The notes under the pieces were generated by a model. The model was not told where the DNA came from and ran no database searches. It saw only the letters and a program-made list of their open reading frames with translations. Below are positions 49,494-52,954 of a stretch of DNA of 52,954 nt, piece by piece (position 1 is the first letter of the stretch; each line of letters starts with the position of its first letter). Both the position numbers and the translations under genes were made by a program. This DNA comes from Paraglomus brasilianum (lineage: Eukaryota): contig CAJVPI010000112.1 of NCBI GenBank assembly GCA_910592345.1, positions 1 to 52,954 on the forward strand, in the 5' to 3' direction.

Positions 49494-52400
49494 AACTTGT
49501 TTTCTCCCGTCTCTGTCATTAACAATATAACTTAGCTGTGAATAAAAGTTCCTCGCAATAGCCATTAACAAGATAGAAGAAGAAAAAGCTGGCATCACAA
49601 CGGAGATAATCCTAAATCAATACTGAACAACAAATAGATTGTGATATTTATATGTAATGGTTACCAACGTTATTATTATCTTTTTGCTAGAGACGTTACA
49701 GATGTATGAGGCCACTGTCCAAATGTGTCTTTGATGATTAAGAAGTATTGCTATGCGTCCAAATCCGAAGTTTCGCCTTGTTCGATACAATAATGGGAAA
49801 CAGGTATGTAAAGAAATCTGAGGAAGAACACAGATGGAACAACTATACAAGCAACTGTTAAAGGTGCATTTTTATTATGTTTAATTCAAAGGGAAAGTCT
49901 TATCTGATGTACCAGTTATAATCATGTTCCGCTTTCACGTGTCAGTTAATAATCTTGCATCGTCACATCGTTCACTCACAAAGAGCACCATTTAGTGGAA
50001 TGAGCAAACCGTTAATTATCTTGTTATCCTTGCTATCATACAACTCTGAACACAACACGATAGGTAGCGAAACTGATACCAAATGGCTGCAAATTTGTTA
50101 TATAGACTGACTGTTCGCCACATAGTGACATAGTATATGCATACGCCCAGATCATTGCTTTTCATACGCCGACGACACAATTAGACCAACGAATTGATTG
50201 TTACTAGACTTGATGGGCGAGGAGGGAGTAATTAAGCATTAGTAATTAAAGCGTGTTACTTTGTGTTAAACGAACAAACGATTCTGTTAACTTCATCACT
50301 ATTCCATTTTTCTCCCACATTTCCACCTCCCTCCGCGACATTATGTCAGATAACACCCTAAGTGGCGGGGTTTGGCGTACTGTATATTATAATTATATTA
50401 TTTGCATCGAAGCCCACGAGTAGTTATGGTTTTGTGTCACCCAAATTTTAATAAGGTTATATGTATGCCCTTGCGGGAATGGCAAGCACGGGAGATTTGA
50501 TCCGATTGCATGAAAAGAAGAAATTGGGTTGTGACGATGGATTTATATAATCAATATATTAGTCTTATTGAATGTGAACATTGTAAAAAACGTTCTATAC
50601 TACAATTATACCATGTCTCCTTTTCTCCTTTTCCCCCCCTTTTTGTTTCCTTACCATTCCCTTACATTATTGTGTCCCCATCCATCCCTGTATACCATTA
50701 CCCCAAATGAAGCAAGCATCCACGCAGCCGTCTTATTATGCTCGTGCACTTACATCGAATATTTTTTTTTTCTCTTTTTTTTTTTTCTTTTTCTTCAATC
50801 CACACAACTCTTAGTGTACTTTAGAACATACTTGTGGAAAATTCCGAAATCTTTGCCTGAGATGATCAGGTATCACCTGCTCCCGCCGTTTCTTGCAGTC
50901 GAGTGGGGGGAAGGTTTGCGTGTTTCATTCCTGTCTATTCTATATACAGTGAATAAGTAGAGAATAAAAAGTAAACAAGGGACTATCCACATACTATCTA
51001 CAAGGCGTAGAAAGTGCATGTTGATGTGACCCTGGGTAATCGCAACGTGTGTGAATGTTTGAGATAAGGGCCCATATAAAGATTTCAGGGGCCCTAGATT
51101 CTTTGGAACAATAATAATAAACATAAATGATAACAACAACATTAAGTATTAATTACTTATTGTTTAACTTTTTATCCTGGATTGTTAACTCTCAACATTG
51201 TTTGCTTGCTTTACTGTAACTAGTCACAATTCGGCTCCTCAATCCTCGCCTTTGGAAGAAGGACGTGAAATAGTATTTAATAGAAAATGCCAAGTATGAC
51301 TGTATATATTTGGTGTCCTTACCAGTTAATCAACAGACGTGAAGGATATCCAATAAAGAGGGAAGTCGTCTGTCGCAACTGACAAGTCATTGACAACCGT
51401 GAGGTGTTCGTCGCTCTGCGACTTCTTCATATTCTTGAGAATCAACATAGCATGGGTCCATTTTACGCCACAATTAAACTCCAAGATGACTGCTTATTCG
51501 TACTGATTGATAACATACCAGGATTTAACGTACGTAGCGATGACCACACGCGAAGATTTATTCCCGTGCCTGGGGTCATGCACAATATAATAAATAGTTC
51601 TAATAGCATTCGACTAAATAAGCAAAGTTATATTGTCGCGCCTTGAATATGGCTTGAATATAGCTATGGTATTATGACGTCAATAATGAACGTGATAAAA
51701 ATATTGCCAATACCACATGATTACATATATGTAATGTTTTCATGTGACGCAAAGACATAGATAGAATAGTACAAATAGTACACAATATCGATCTATTACA
51801 TGTATATACTGTATCAACTGCTATTTGTGGATCAAACCTTTCCCATTTCATAATATCAAAACCCTACACACATCAGAGACAGCGTATTTAGCCTAATTCA
51901 TCTTGACACCGAATAAATCGGACTTTATGGAAGGGACCTGCTATTGGGTGAAATTATGTATCCAGTGTAACTATAACGCGCGAAAACATCAACACAGCGA
52001 TACTCTATCTTGCCCGTTGAATAACTCAAAATAACGTGCTTTTTATTTGCTTTTTGACCAATTTGGGAATAGCTTTTTGTTGGGCATGTGTCTTGTAATT
52101 AAAGTAAAAATTTTATACTTGTAAAGGTTTCTATTTGCCATCCATGATACATAGTGGGATGCGAGTAGCTAAATTTTAACATGTCCAAGACAAGAGATCA
52201 AAGGATTACTCTGCTACGAAAAGGTTAAGAGAAAGTAACTGCTATGGCTTTGCATTGTGTTTAGGTTGAAAGCTATAGCATTACTAAATCAGAACACTTT
52301 GCCACAATGGCTTAATATGAATCCGTGGAAAACAATTTCAGGGTTATAAAGTAACAGCTGTAGATTGTCTGCCAGGAAAATGAATTTATTTATTCAAGTT

Positions 52401-52837
52401 ACTTTAATACTCTTGTGGCGTTACCATATGACGAATGAGATACTGTGAGTAGAATCCTTGGTGTCAGTCTTAATATGGATAGTGTGTACGTTGATATATA
52501 TAGACGGGGGTTTGTGTGTTATGCGCATCTAGTGTGATTGTCACGATTTGTTATTACGCTTTGGCGTTTCTATTGTAATATTTGACATCATAGTAAACAG
52601 TAATGATATATACACACGATATAAACCAATTGGTGTATACTGACTTTCCTATATTTCCCGCGTTAAACTTACAGACAGCGCTAATACGGAAAAAGAAGGT
52701 AAAAGCATGCCAGTATATTGATCATTACATCAATTAGAAGGTAAATTAAATACAGTGCATACGTCATTACATCAACTGAATGAGCCACGTTCATAGTCGC
52801 CCAAATAAATACAATATATTTTACAACTACTACTGCG

Positions 52838-52877
52838 GACGACAACAACGACGACGACAACGACGACGACGACGACG

Positions 52878-52953
<76 letters not shown>

Positions 52954-52954
52954 C
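52838..52954. repeat. Compound (GAC)n(AAC)n microsatellite, truncated by the window end
   Basis: gacgacaacaacgacgac... followed by a long pure AAC run to the end of the window. Confidence 0.95.

Noticed and set aside
52681..52953. Poly-Leu/Ser ORF on the minus strand
   Set aside because: Translation artefact of the (AAC)/(GAC) microsatellite.

Overview
AT-rich nuclear DNA of an early-diverging fungus, with short GT-AG introns and many decayed transposons. Glomeromycotina/Mucoromycota is an inference from gene style and repeat content. Nine intron-containing protein genes are supported: a secreted AA5_1 copper-radical (glyoxal-oxidase-like) enzyme, a DUF2470 plus membrane-domain protein, an MDR-family NADPH:quinone oxidoreductase, a YEATS+ET protein (Taf14-like), SRP19/Sec65, a Nop15/NIFK RRM protein, Rad4/XPC, a large coiled-coil protein with a CC1-box-like motif, and a CaMK1-type kinase. 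Non-genic features include several Tc1/mariner relics, a Sola-like transposase relic, two adjacent long-TIR MITEs and microsatellites. The main points the ORF track misses are: (1) a U13/snR45-type box C/D snoRNA, the 18S acetylation guide, at ~20.68-20.84 kb; (2) a frameshifted bacterial-type cytidylate kinase relic at ~11.2-11.45 kb and an ORF relic that reads best with UGA=Trp at ~1.9-2.2 kb, both suggesting Mollicutes-endobacterial DNA in the fungal nucleus; (3) a strongly base-paired ~300-nt locus at 12.66-12.96 kb that also parses as a three-exon 61-aa microprotein gene; (4) a stop-free in-frame 204-nt intron whose retention would add a hydrophobic segment to the coiled-coil protein. Exon boundaries were read by eye and may be off by a few bases.
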